This document shows positions 35,491 through 45,568 of a stretch of DNA of 64,000 nucleotides, in pieces. Source of the DNA: Chitinophagaceae bacterium. Lineage in GTDB: Bacteria > Bacteroidota > Bacteroidia > Chitinophagales > Chitinophagaceae. The notes under the pieces were generated by a model that saw only the letters and a program-made list of their open reading frames with translations, was not told the DNA's origin and ran no database searches. Both the position numbers and the translations under genes were made by a program. The stretch is from the NCBI GenBank assembly GCA_035628135.1, contig DASPKM010000004.1:362596-426595 (forward strand), in the 5' to 3' direction. Position 1 is the stretch's first letter. Every line of letters starts with the position of its first letter.

Positions 35491-38130
35491 CTATAATTTC
35501 ACCATTTTCACACGCTCCTTCATTCCCGTTGTGCTGGCTTCCACGAAATACATGCCCGCAGTTGCCTGGGCAAATCTTCTGTTGAAACTATTCTGTATAA
35601 TGGCCGGGGTCCCACGCACAGAGAACAACTCCGTGCCATCCACGCTGAACAATTTCAAGGTAACAATGGCGGTATGGTTCACATTGTTGAACTCCAGTTT
35701 CACCTGGCTCCTCGAAGGATTGGGATAGGCCTGGAAGGTCATCCTGGTCTCGTAGGGTTCTTCCACGTTTACAAATACATCGCTGCCACGTGTCCTTAAA
35801 TTACCCGGCGATGTGCGGGTGTTGACTGAAGTTGGCGCGGTATAAGTAACGTTCACCCATACTTTTTGCCCGAGATCTGCAGTAGTGGAATTCTTTATTT
35901 TGATAGTGTACCAGCCGGTAGACGCAGCAACATAACTGCCTGTTAAGGGTGAACTGCTGGAAGACGTGCCGGTAACATTCGATACGTTGGTGCCGCTGGT
36001 ATTGTACAATGCGATATTCTGAGTGCGTCCATTTACTTCAGGATATAGTTTGTAGGTAATGGTCTTGCCCGCATCGGCATAAATTCTTCCAACGGTACGT
36101 TGCGCGGTAGAATTGTTCGGTAATCTTCCCCCCTGTTGCAATGATTGTGCATGACTATCGCCCAGGTCGTCCGCCATTTCCCACTCCTGCACGGTAGTGG
36201 TGCTGCGGCCTGGCGAATAGGTAGCGAGATAGTTATACATATCCGCAACGGTGGTAAACGTTACGCCCGCAGGTTTCGGCGCCCAGATGGAATATCCATG
36301 GCCCCTTGCACCCGCAATGGTATGACCTACGGGAGCAGTCTTGATAAGTACCCTGCCATCGTTGTACACGTGCGTGGGCGTTACGCCATGCGCGCCGGAA
36401 TAATCGTAGAGGTCGGTGTTATTCCAGGACGGATCTCCCACGCTCACCCAAACTTCTTCATCCTGGGAGTTGTTGGAAGCAGTATTGAATTTATCGGTAA
36501 TGCCGATGATGGCCTTGCCCTTTCTTTCCAGCACCAGGTGATCGCCGCTTCCTCCTTTCTGGTAATAAGGCGCCTGTCCGCCGGTAAGCGATGTGGGAAC
36601 GGCATAATCACCATTCTTGAATTGCAGCTTCTGATGCGCGAGAATGATGTTCACGATGTCCTCGCGTACGGGCAGATCGGTAGTGCTGGTCGGTAAATGC
36701 GAATAGCGTTTACCGGTAGTGCCGATGTCGAAGAGGTCTTCGAAAAAAACAGTGGGATTGCCGTCCATGGCAAATACAATGGCATAAGCTGCATACAGCC
36801 TCGGCTCCCGCGGATCGATGTGCTGGCCATTGCCACCCAATTCTTCCCCGGTATTCCAGCCGGTTGCATCGCCCAATGGTTTCAGGAAATTACCACTGGC
36901 GTCTACCTTGGGCCGGTAAGTATCGTGACTATTTACAAAAGGACAGGTGCGATGCACGCGTTGCGTAGCATAGTTGTAATATCTTTTGTTCTGCTGCTCG
37001 CCCGGGAGATTTTGCATATTATAGCTGCCAGTGCTCAGCACCATGCTGTACAAGCCTCCGTTGGGACCGTATCCCCTAAGGCTGAAATCGAAAGTGCCGG
37101 TATGCTCTTCGGTGCCGCTGCGCACATTGGTTACATAGTTATCGAGGTCTGTTTTGTTGCCGATCCATTCCCCGATGCATAGCATGGCCTCGCCACCCTG
37201 GGCAAATGATGGCAATGTATATTTCGTATTGTAAATAAGGTCTTCCTGCACATAAATAGGAAAATGCTTTACTGCATCCCAGCGCCAGCCGTCCACACCG
37301 GTTTGCTTTTTGAACCACATGATCCAATCACGCGAATGGTTGCGCATGTGATTGGAGCTTTGCGCGGGATTTACATAAGCGCGGGTAACACTGCCGATGG
37401 TCGCCGAACCCGATGTAGGTATATTGGAGCTTTGCCCGTAGGCCGAGCTCTCAAAAGAAATATCCGGGCCGAAATGCGGCGTGCATATATCACCGGTAGT
37501 ACAGTTGTTGTTGAGGTTGGGATAAAAATTGGGATAGTTCTTGGGCCACCGGCCGTTGCGCGTCCAGTAATCATTTTGCGAATCATCAATGAAGGGCGTG
37601 CTGTACGACACGTACCGGAAGTTTTTATATCCATTGGCATTGACCATTGAATAACTGGTCTCCGGGTCCTGTCCACCGGTGCCCGTGTTACTGCCCGCTC
37701 CGTCCACGTGGTTCAACACGATGTCCTGTATGGCCTCGATGCCATTGGCGTGCAGCACCGCGATCATGCGCAGCAATTCATCTTTATTGCCCATACGCGT
37801 ACGGACAGTCAGCGAATCGGCCCCGCCCTTCTGGTATTTATCACCCAGGTCGTAATGATCGAAAGGACTGTAGCCTACAGAGCCTGTAAAGCTGTTCTTA
37901 TAAGAGGGCGGGATCCAAACGGCGTCGATGCCCATGGCCTTCAGGCGCGGCGTCAATTCGGTCAGGTAGTTCGACCAGCGGTTGGGAAAATTGTCATTCC
38001 TGAAATTCCACCAGAATCCCTGGAGCACTACTTTTTTTACGCGGGTGGATTGTGAGTAGAGGTTAGTGATGGAAAGGCTGCACAGCAGCAAGAGGAGCCA
38101 AAGGGCCCTCAGACGAAGTCTTACGGTCAT
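35491..38130 (-). CDS. secreted GH13 alpha-amylase family glycosidase with T9SS C-terminal sorting domain
   Basis: GH13 conserved regions I (DIVLNHV), II (GWRWDAVKH) and IV (FVNSHD). Signal peptide. C-terminal roughly 80-aa Por/T9SS sorting domain (TLKLFSVDGTELFSVRG...). Confidence 0.9.
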   Translation of the reverse strand: MTVRLRLRALWLLLLLCSLSITNLYSQSTRVKKVVLQGFWWNFRNDNFPNRWSNYLTELTPRLKAMGIDAVWIPPSYKNSFTGSVGYSPFDHYDLGDKYQKGGADSLTVRTRMGNKDELLRMIAVLHANGIEAIQDIVLNHVDGAGSNTGTGGQDPETSYSMVNANGYKNFRYVSYSTPFIDDSQNDYWTRNGRWPKNYPNFYPNLNNNCTTGDICTPHFGPDISFESSAYGQSSNIPTSGSATIGSVTRAYVNPAQSSNHMRNHSRDWIMWFKKQTGVDGWRWDAVKHFPIYVQEDLIYNTKYTLPSFAQGGEAMLCIGEWIGNKTDLDNYVTNVRSGTEEHTGTFDFSLRGYGPNGGLYSMVLSTGSYNMQNLPGEQQNKRYYNYATQRVHRTCPFVNSHDTYRPKVDASGNFLKPLGDATGWNTGEELGGNGQHIDPREPRLYAAYAIVFAMDGNPTVFFEDLFDIGTTGKRYSHLPTSTTDLPVREDIVNIILAHQKLQFKNGDYAVPTSLTGGQAPYYQKGGSGDHLVLERKGKAIIGITDKFNTASNNSQDEEVWVSVGDPSWNNTDLYDYSGAHGVTPTHVYNDGRVLIKTAPVGHTIAGARGHGYSIWAPKPAGVTFTTVADMYNYLATYSPGRSTTTVQEWEMADDLGDSHAQSLQQGGRLPNNSTAQRTVGRIYADAGKTITYKLYPEVNGRTQNIALYNTSGTNVSNVTGTSSSSSPLTGSYVAASTGWYTIKIKNSTTADLGQKVWVNVTYTAPTSVNTRTSPGNLRTRGSDVFVNVEEPYETRMTFQAYPNPSRSQVKLEFNNVNHTAIVTLKLFSVDGTELFSVRGTPAIIQNSFNRRFAQATAGMYFVEASTTGMKERVKMVKL

Positions 38131-38304
38131 ACGACAAGGCAGTTTAATGGTTAAGAATTATGCGAATCGTTCGAATGTGTATAAAATACACATTGTACCT
38201 AAATGTAAGACTTTTTTAGAAACTGCCAATAAAAAAGCGCCGGGTTCCCAGGAAGTGAACCGGCGCTTTAGGCCAATATTTTGGGGGATGCAGGGAATAA
38301 TTTG

Positions 38305-38775
38305 TTATGATCGTTTCCGGGCGTTTTTCATATTCAGCTCATACGTGGCAATCCATTCCTTAGGAGTGATCTTGCTGGCCAGCTCCCCTACCAGCTTATA
38401 AGGAATATCATCCATTTTCTTAAAACGTATACAGCTTTTGCCCATGTCCAACTTGGTTTTGCACTGCTTCGCGTATTCCTTCGTAAACCAGTCGTGCAGT
38501 TTTTTATCAGCATACACTCCCATGTGGTATAAGGCAATAAAATTTTTCTGCGAAGCAAGCCCCATAAATGGCAATGGCTGGCTGGGGTCGCAGTGGTAAC
38601 CTTCGGGATACATGGAATGTGGCACGGCCCAGCCCATCATTCCATAACCCATGGATTCTGAAAAGCCTTTAGGCAGGTTTTTCTTAATCACCTTCCTGAG
38701 TTCACTCATGGCGGCCTTCCGGTCTGGGGGCAAGCTCTCGATATACTCGTCGGGGGTAGCAGCTTTGGATTGCAT
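38305..38775 (-). CDS. DUF1801 (YdhG-like) domain protein
   Basis: Family signature recognised by eye (GYGMMGWAVPHSMYPEGYH...FIALYHMG). Confidence 0.65.
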   Translation of the reverse strand: MQSKAATPDEYIESLPPDRKAAMSELRKVIKKNLPKGFSESMGYGMMGWAVPHSMYPEGYHCDPSQPLPFMGLASQKNFIALYHMGVYADKKLHDWFTKEYAKQCKTKLDMGKSCIRFKKMDDIPYKLVGELASKITPKEWIATYELNMKNARKRS

Positions 38776-38868
38776 ACAACTTTATAGTTTGTGGTGGTTG
38801 TTTAGCCTCTAAGTTAATGCGTAACTTTCAACCATAACACAACCACACCTACAAATCATAAACTATAC

Positions 38869-40224
38869 ATGAACCGCAAAGATTTCATTAAAAATGCCGG
38901 GCTGGCCGCGGCTTCGCTGGCTATCTTGCCTTCACAGGGCAACGCGCTCGGCCGCAGCCAGGACAAGGTGCGGGTGGCCATTATTGGCGTGGGCCTGCGC
39001 GGGCAAAATCACCTGGACTTGTTATTGCGCAGGCAGGACGTAGAAGTGGCGGCCATCTGCGATATCGATGAACGCATGCTCACGGCTTCGAAGGACATCA
39101 TTCAAAAAAGCGGGAAAAAAATGCCCGGCATATTTACCGGCGGCCTGTATGCCTGGAAAAAAATGCTGGAACAGAAAGGACTGGACGCAGTAGTGATAGC
39201 CACCCCATGGGAATGGCACAAGGAAATGATCATCGGTTCACTGGAGGCAGGATTGAAATACGTAGGCACCGAAGTAATGCTCGGCATTACATTGCAGGAC
39301 CACTGGGATGTGGTACGCGCCGCCGAAAAACACCAGGCGCATGTAATGATGCTGGAAAATGTGTGCTACCGCAGGGATGTGATGGCCGTATTGAACATGG
39401 CGCGGCAAGGGCTGTTCGGGGAGCTTATCCATTTGCAGGGCGGCTACCAGCACGACCTGCGGGAAGTGAAGTTCAACGACGGCGTGCACGCCTACGGGCA
39501 TGGCTGCGAGTTCGGCGACAAGGCATGGACCGAAGCGCGCTGGAGAACGCATCATTCGGTGTACCGTAACGGCGACCTATACCCGACACATGGCATTGGT
39601 CCCATTGCGCATTATATCAATATCAACCGGGGCAACCGCTTTATCAATCTTTGTTCATTTTCATCTAAGGCAAGAGGCTTGCACGATCACATCGTCAGGC
39701 GCTGCGGGCCTTCGCATCCCAATGCCAGTGTGCAATTCAAACTGGGCGATGTGGTAACCACCTCCATTACCTGTGCCAATGGGGAAACGATTTTACTGCA
39801 ACACGATACGAACCTGCCAAGGCCCTATTCATTGGGCTTTCGCGTGCAGGGCACCAATGGATTGTGGATGGACGTGAATAAGAGCATGTACATCGAAGGT
39901 AAATCGCCCAAAGCACACCAATGGGATAATGCAAAGGAATGGCTGGACAAATACGATCATCCTTTATGGGTGCGTTGGAGCAGGGAAACGCAGGGCGCAG
40001 GTCACGGAGGCATGGACTTCTTCGTGATACATTCTTTCATTGAATCCATCAAGCGTAAGCTGCCTACTCCAATGGACGTGTACGACGCGGCCGCGTGGAG
40101 TGCCATCACGCCTTTGAGTGAACAATCTATCGAGCTTGGGAACGAAACAGTGGAATTTCCTGATTTTACCGGCGGGCAATGGATGTACAGAAAGCCGGTA
40201 TTTGCCCTGAATGATGAATACTAA
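38869..40224 (+). CDS. Gfo/Idh/MocA family NAD-dependent oxidoreductase (GH109-like) with Tat-like signal
   Basis: N-terminal NRKDFIKNAGLAAASLA Tat-like signal, Rossmann motif IIGVGLRGQNH, and the size and architecture of GH109. Confidence 0.85.
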   Translation: MNRKDFIKNAGLAAASLAILPSQGNALGRSQDKVRVAIIGVGLRGQNHLDLLLRRQDVEVAAICDIDERMLTASKDIIQKSGKKMPGIFTGGLYAWKKMLEQKGLDAVVIATPWEWHKEMIIGSLEAGLKYVGTEVMLGITLQDHWDVVRAAEKHQAHVMMLENVCYRRDVMAVLNMARQGLFGELIHLQGGYQHDLREVKFNDGVHAYGHGCEFGDKAWTEARWRTHHSVYRNGDLYPTHGIGPIAHYININRGNRFINLCSFSSKARGLHDHIVRRCGPSHPNASVQFKLGDVVTTSITCANGETILLQHDTNLPRPYSLGFRVQGTNGLWMDVNKSMYIEGKSPKAHQWDNAKEWLDKYDHPLWVRWSRETQGAGHGGMDFFVIHSFIESIKRKLPTPMDVYDAAAWSAITPLSEQSIELGNETVEFPDFTGGQWMYRKPVFALNDEY

Positions 40225-40253
40225 GGTTGGGGGGTTGATGTGGCAGCTATCGA

Positions 40254-41192
40254 TTATGTTATCGATGTTATTTTGAAGCGCTCGGGGCTAAGCATGGGTT
40301 GTGGTATCACCTGCCGGATATGATCTTTTAAATGTTCCAGCAATTTTTTGCGCGGGAAGTTTTTTCCTGTCGCCAGGCTTATTTCCCGCACCGGCTTTGG
40401 CTTTGCGAACTCCCGGAGGTTTTTCTTTTGTCCCGGCTTGAGCATTTGCGTTGCGAGATAAGGCACTATTGTAATGCCATCGCTTTTATCTACAAGGTTT
40501 ATCAGGGTTTCGATGCTGCCTGCCTGGTAGTGCAGCCCGTTAGCGGCAGTATCCCCATTCTTCAATTCACAAAGGTTGAATACCTGGTTGCGCAGGCAAT
40601 GGCCTTCCTCGAGCAACCAAAGACTGTCGGGATAAATTTCTTTGGGCAACAAATATTTTTTCCGGGAAAGCTTTTCGTGTTTGGAGGCATAGGCAAAGAA
40701 CTCTTCGTAGAACAGCGGGTGTTCCGTGATCATGCTTTCGTTCAAGGGCGTGGCGAGTATGCCGATATCGACTTCGCCGGTCTTTAATTTAAGAATGATC
40801 TCATCCGTTACCAGTTCCTTAATATACACGTCCAGGGCCGGGAACCGCCGTGTAAATGATTTCAGGAATAAGGGTAAAAGGTAAGGCGCCAGGGTTGGGA
40901 TGATGCCCAGGTGCAGTTCACCAGAGATCTCACCGCTCAGGTCCTTTGCATACGCTTTCAGGCTATTGGCTTCCGCCAATACTTTCCTGGCGCGCGTTAT
41001 GACCTGCTCGCCTTCCCTCGTTGGCTTCACCGGCTGGCGGCTGCGATCGAAGATTTGGACACCAAGTTCCTGTTCCAATTTCTTGACCATCATGCTTAGC
41101 GTCGCCTGTGTAACAAAGCATTTCCCGGCAGCGGTGGAAAACTGCCGGTAATTGTCTACCGCAATTATATATTCCAACTGGGCAAAATTCAT
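40254..41192 (-). CDS. oxyR: LysR-family transcriptional regulator, OxyR-like peroxide sensor
   Basis: N-terminal HTH close to Bacteroidetes OxyR (LEYIIAVDNYRQFSTAAGKCFVTQATLSMMVKKLEQELGVQIFDRS). A redox Cys pair with OxyR spacing (EGHCLRNQVFNLC). Confidence 0.75.
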   Translation of the reverse strand: MNFAQLEYIIAVDNYRQFSTAAGKCFVTQATLSMMVKKLEQELGVQIFDRSRQPVKPTREGEQVITRARKVLAEANSLKAYAKDLSGEISGELHLGIIPTLAPYLLPLFLKSFTRRFPALDVYIKELVTDEIILKLKTGEVDIGILATPLNESMITEHPLFYEEFFAYASKHEKLSRKKYLLPKEIYPDSLWLLEEGHCLRNQVFNLCELKNGDTAANGLHYQAGSIETLINLVDKSDGITIVPYLATQMLKPGQKKNLREFAKPKPVREISLATGKNFPRKKLLEHLKDHIRQVIPQPMLSPERFKITSIT

Positions 41193-41465
41193 GTATAGAT
41201 AAAATCTATTCGAAGATAGATAATATCAGTTTGATTTATGCTTGCTAATTGCCCAATTTTGTGGCCTATCCCGCAGCAGGCAGGCTTTTTTAACAGATAA
41301 GAACTTATTTAACATTGCGGGGCCATGAGCGGCATCAGCGGTCCTAAAAAGACGAAATTATTAACCAGCAGCTAGTCATTTCTTCCGTGTGGATTTAAGT
41401 TAGGACCCGCTGTTGCCTTAGGCCACGGCATCTATCCGCAGCAATGATCGAACAAGTTTAACTTA

Positions 41466-42815
41466 TTATGGATTAATGATCTCGTTTTGCGGAGAGCGGA
41501 ACGATATCTCACGAAGGTTATTGAAAATGTCCTCCGGAATTGCTTCGATGCTATAATCAAAATACTTTTCATACATCTTATCGCTCCATACCAGGTCGTC
41601 GAACCATTTTGGGTCGGGATGTTTGGCCTTGGCCTGGAATACTTTGTAAGTCATTTCCGGCAAGCGGTGCTGTAAATACCGTATGGCATAACTTCCATCC
41701 TCCTCGTCCAGCACTTCCACTTTTCCACTGGTGATAGACATCACAGGTCCGCGGGCTGTGCGTGCCAATCCACAAACACTTTGGATAGCGCCCCGGTAAA
41801 TATTCAGCGCATCAATTAACGACTCTGCGAAGTAATGCTGTGCTCCTGTATCGCGCGGCAGGAACATATAATACGGTACACAACCCAGCCGCACCTGCTC
41901 AGACCAAAGCTGGGCCCAGGTAGCCGCGTCATTGTTGATGTTCCTAAGCAAAGGCGCTTGCGTCCTGATCTCCGCGCCTGTTTGCCGCACATTATATACA
42001 GCCTGGTGCAAAATATCAGGCTTTAATTCAGCAGGATGATTGAAATGCGCCATAAAAGCCAGGTGTCTCCCGGAAGCTACCACCCGCCGGAAGATCTTCA
42101 GCATTTCATCGGCTTCAGGATCGGTTACATATTTGTGCGGCCAGTACGATAAGGATTTACTGCCAATGCGGATGGTTTGCACGCTCTTTACTTCCAGCAA
42201 TGAATCGATGTACATTGCAAATATGCGGGGGCTCATCACCATTGGATCGCCACCGGTTATCAGCACGTCCGTAACCTGCGGATTCTTTTTCAGGTATTGA
42301 ATGAGCGGTGACAGCTCCTTGGCCTGCATCTTCAATTCAGGATCGTTCACGAACTGCGGCCAGCGAAAACAAAACGTGCAATACGCATGACAGGTTTGGC
42401 TGTGACTTGGAAAGAATAACAGCGTGGTGCGGTATTTATGCTGAATACCTTCTATACGCTGCCCCTCATCATCGAAAGGAATGTTGAGATAGGTTTGGCC
42501 TGCGGGATGCGGGTTGAGCGTAAGGCGGATCTGCTTCACCAGCTCGGGATGGTCCTCACGCTGCAACCTCCTGCTCCATTGTATTTTGTCGAAATGCTCA
42601 TCCGTCAACATTCCCTTCTGCGGAAAGTTCAGCCGGAAGACAGGATCGTCGGGAACATTTTTCCAATCTATGAGGTTGTTCAGTACATAGTTATTTGTCT
42701 TGAATGGGTATATCTCGCTTACAACCTTTATCTCTTCTACCTGTTTTTCACTCAGCAGTTTTATCTGCGGAATCAATTCCAGGTCCTTTATGGTAAATGA
42801 CTTGAACTTTAGCAT
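41466..42815 (-). CDS. radical SAM KamA-family (lysine/amino-acid 2,3-aminomutase-like) enzyme
   Basis: CHAYCTFC (CxxxCxxC) cluster motif and ITGGDPM motif. 449 aa, typical KamA size. Confidence 0.8.
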   Translation of the reverse strand: MLKFKSFTIKDLELIPQIKLLSEKQVEEIKVVSEIYPFKTNNYVLNNLIDWKNVPDDPVFRLNFPQKGMLTDEHFDKIQWSRRLQREDHPELVKQIRLTLNPHPAGQTYLNIPFDDEGQRIEGIQHKYRTTLLFFPSHSQTCHAYCTFCFRWPQFVNDPELKMQAKELSPLIQYLKKNPQVTDVLITGGDPMVMSPRIFAMYIDSLLEVKSVQTIRIGSKSLSYWPHKYVTDPEADEMLKIFRRVVASGRHLAFMAHFNHPAELKPDILHQAVYNVRQTGAEIRTQAPLLRNINNDAATWAQLWSEQVRLGCVPYYMFLPRDTGAQHYFAESLIDALNIYRGAIQSVCGLARTARGPVMSITSGKVEVLDEEDGSYAIRYLQHRLPEMTYKVFQAKAKHPDPKWFDDLVWSDKMYEKYFDYSIEAIPEDIFNNLREISFRSPQNEIINP

Positions 42816-42847
42816 GGTTAATGATTAAGTGATGAGTAATGGGTAAG

Positions 42848-43813
42848 CTATGCCATGCAGACCACGATCTTGCGCGGGCCTGTAAATGGCAGCCTGCCGT
42901 GGAGCGACACCATGTTCTCCACTATCAACAAATCACCGGCTTCCCAAGGCACCGGTATCAGCACTTCGTCGAGCACGCGCACGATTTCCTCGACATATTC
43001 TTTTTGTATCGGTGATCCATCGCCGTAAGTAGAATGCATAGGAAGCGCTTTCTCGTCGCCGCCGGCCATCATCAGCAGGGTTTCATATACTTCGTCGCCA
43101 TAAATGCGCGGGTAGAATTGGTCCACCTGGTTGAACCAAAGGCGGTCTCCGGTAATAGGATGTTTGCGGATGGCGGGCCTGGTCTGCGTTAAGCGAACAT
43201 CGCCGTTGCGCTGCCACTCCACCTTGATGCCATTGGTGGCGCAGTAAGCTTCCATGGTCTTTTTATCTTTTGTTTCGAATGCGTCTTGCCAGGAAGGACC
43301 GAATCCCTGCCCTGAATGCAGGTTGCGGATGTAGGTGATGCCCTTTCTTTCAAACTCGTCCACCAATGCCGGATTAAGCTTATCGAGCATCAGCCGGCAA
43401 TCGCCTACCGTGGTTTGTCCGCCGGTAGCTGCTGGCGTAATGCAACAGAAGTATAACCTGGAAGGCCAGATATTGGAATAAGAATACTCCGTATGCAGCC
43501 TTATAATGGCGTTGGCATCGTACTCCGAAGCATTGTACACGTTAGAAGTGTGCTTGCCGCGGGGAGAATTGCCATCCAGGAAATTCGGGGCATTGGGGCA
43601 AAGGAATTTGCCAAGGCTATCAAATTTTTCTACGGTGTCGGAGTGGATGCCCTTGATGAAGAGCGCTCCTACTTTCAGCAACTCTTCGTCGACAAAACTC
43701 CTGTTTTCCGTGTACCAGGAAGTAAAAGCATCGATATCGCTTCCTTCTTCAAATTGAATCACCATTGGTAGTTTCTCTTCACCAACGGTAACGGCGGCGG
43801 TGGCTAATTGCAT
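42848..43813 (-). CDS. TauD/TfdA-family Fe(II)/2-oxoglutarate dioxygenase (SyrP-like amino-acid beta-hydroxylase)
   Basis: HTE...H facial triad region (RLHTEYSY; SLHGR). Architecture and size match SyrP-type enzymes of NRPS clusters. Confidence 0.75.
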   Translation of the reverse strand: MQLATAAVTVGEEKLPMVIQFEEGSDIDAFTSWYTENRSFVDEELLKVGALFIKGIHSDTVEKFDSLGKFLCPNAPNFLDGNSPRGKHTSNVYNASEYDANAIIRLHTEYSYSNIWPSRLYFCCITPAATGGQTTVGDCRLMLDKLNPALVDEFERKGITYIRNLHSGQGFGPSWQDAFETKDKKTMEAYCATNGIKVEWQRNGDVRLTQTRPAIRKHPITGDRLWFNQVDQFYPRIYGDEVYETLLMMAGGDEKALPMHSTYGDGSPIQKEYVEEIVRVLDEVLIPVPWEAGDLLIVENMVSLHGRLPFTGPRKIVVCMA

Positions 43814-43901
43814 AGTTAATTGTTTTGGTGTGAATAAATGATATAAGGTAAAAGGAAGAAAAGAGATAGATAGTCAATAGGTCATTAAGTCAATGAGTCA
43901 A

Positions 43902-45539
43902 TTAGGGCATTGAGTCAATGACCAGATGACTTAATGATTCATTGACCAATTGGGGTTGGTATAACAATTCTCTTTCTCCATACAATCGTTCGGCGGTTAT
44001 ATTGCGTGAACGGCATTCCTGTATGAGTTTGTTGGATGCAACGATGGGATGGGCATCTTCACGGTAGCGCACACTGCTGATGAATTCAACCCAAGGTTCT
44101 AACCCCATGGCATACACGTACAGTTCTTTGGGTTGAAAAGTATCTACAAGGGCCTTGCCCCTGTCGTAGTTCGATCCTGCAAGCCGGCGCGATAGTTCTT
44201 TGTCGCGTTGTATCGTTTCATTCATCAATGGGCCATACACCCAGGTAAAGGGCGCGCCATCGCATTCCATGCCCAGGAAGATCACGTCAACCGGGTCGAT
44301 GAGCTGAACGATGCGGTCGTACAGCCGCGGTTCGATATTACAGGAATCAGCAAGGAACAGGAAGGACACTGCATCGAACTTTACGTTGTAGCAGATCTTC
44401 GATTGTATGTTCAGGTCCCCGTGCTCGCCCAGGAAAGGAAGGCCCGTGATCCTGCAATTGTTGAATGTAATGGTATCCATCTCCCCTATTTCCATCACAT
44501 TGTTGAACCCCATGGTGTTGAACAATAACTTCAGATTGGGATCCTGCAGGGTGCCAAAGCCATTGCGCGGGATGATGATCTTCTTTGCCTTGTGCCGAAG
44601 GCTAAGCATGGTTTCCAGCAGGATATGGTCTTGGTGGTTGTGCGTGATGAGGATGTAATCAATTTCATCGGGCAGGTCGCAATAAGAAAAACGTTCCAGC
44701 TCAGCCTGGTAACCATAATAACTGATCACAGGATCTACCAATATGGACACATCCCTTGTTTCCACCAATATGCAGGCGTGCCCGAAGTAGCGTATGCGCA
44801 CATTGTCGCCCGTATATTTTTCGTATGGGACCGGCGCTTCTTCGGTGAAGAACGACCTGAACACAGCTTCATCTTTTTCCTGTACGTTCAGCGCTTTTTT
44901 AATGCGCTGGTAATCGCCGGGCGCCGAACGCATGGCATGCAGCTCGTCTATCAGGCGGCTCCTGAAAGGTATTTTCAACTCAATAGCGTCTTCTTCAGGC
45001 AAACGTGGCGTGCTTAACACGAATGGGCGCTCGTCGTTCATGGTCACCCACATGGCAATGCTCTGTGCGCCTTCGTCGTAAAACTCGCTTTTGTACACCA
45101 GTTGTTCAAAGAATCGGAACGAGGGATGGCCGTTCAGGTCATACGTTAATTCTATGAGCCCTTTGAGCATGTCGGGCACTTGTGCGTATAAGGGTTCCAG
45201 TGAGTGGCCGTCCGCATTTTTGAGCAGGTTGTCCACCGCTTTAATGGCGTCGGCCAGCTCCAGCATATGCTTGCGCTGTTCCATGGTTTCCGCTATCAGC
45301 GCTTTTACTTCGGCTGTACGTACGGTAGCATAGTTCATGAAAGGGCCGCCGAGCATTTTTGGGTTCCTGGCCGCGGCAAAATGTACCTGCGGCGCCTGCA
45401 CATAGGAGTTCATGATCTTTAGATGCCGCGACAGGATATTCAAGGCATGCGTGGGCGGAAAAATCAGGTGCGTCCATGCATACCATTTGTCTACCAGTGG
45501 CTCCAATACCACATTGGGTTTAAGATACAGGTTTTGCAT
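43902..45539 (-). CDS. CmlA-like non-haem diiron beta-hydroxylase (N-terminal domain plus C-terminal MBL fold)
   Basis: C-terminal metallo-beta-lactamase motif ILITHNHQDH, a ~250-aa N-terminal domain, and a position immediately downstream of the NRPS. Confidence 0.6.
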   Translation of the reverse strand: MQNLYLKPNVVLEPLVDKWYAWTHLIFPPTHALNILSRHLKIMNSYVQAPQVHFAAARNPKMLGGPFMNYATVRTAEVKALIAETMEQRKHMLELADAIKAVDNLLKNADGHSLEPLYAQVPDMLKGLIELTYDLNGHPSFRFFEQLVYKSEFYDEGAQSIAMWVTMNDERPFVLSTPRLPEEDAIELKIPFRSRLIDELHAMRSAPGDYQRIKKALNVQEKDEAVFRSFFTEEAPVPYEKYTGDNVRIRYFGHACILVETRDVSILVDPVISYYGYQAELERFSYCDLPDEIDYILITHNHQDHILLETMLSLRHKAKKIIIPRNGFGTLQDPNLKLLFNTMGFNNVMEIGEMDTITFNNCRITGLPFLGEHGDLNIQSKICYNVKFDAVSFLFLADSCNIEPRLYDRIVQLIDPVDVIFLGMECDGAPFTWVYGPLMNETIQRDKELSRRLAGSNYDRGKALVDTFQPKELYVYAMGLEPWVEFISSVRYREDAHPIVASNKLIQECRSRNITAERLYGERELLYQPQLVNESLSHLVIDSMP

Positions 45540-45568
45540 TGTGATGAATTGTAAGTTTTGATTTGAAC

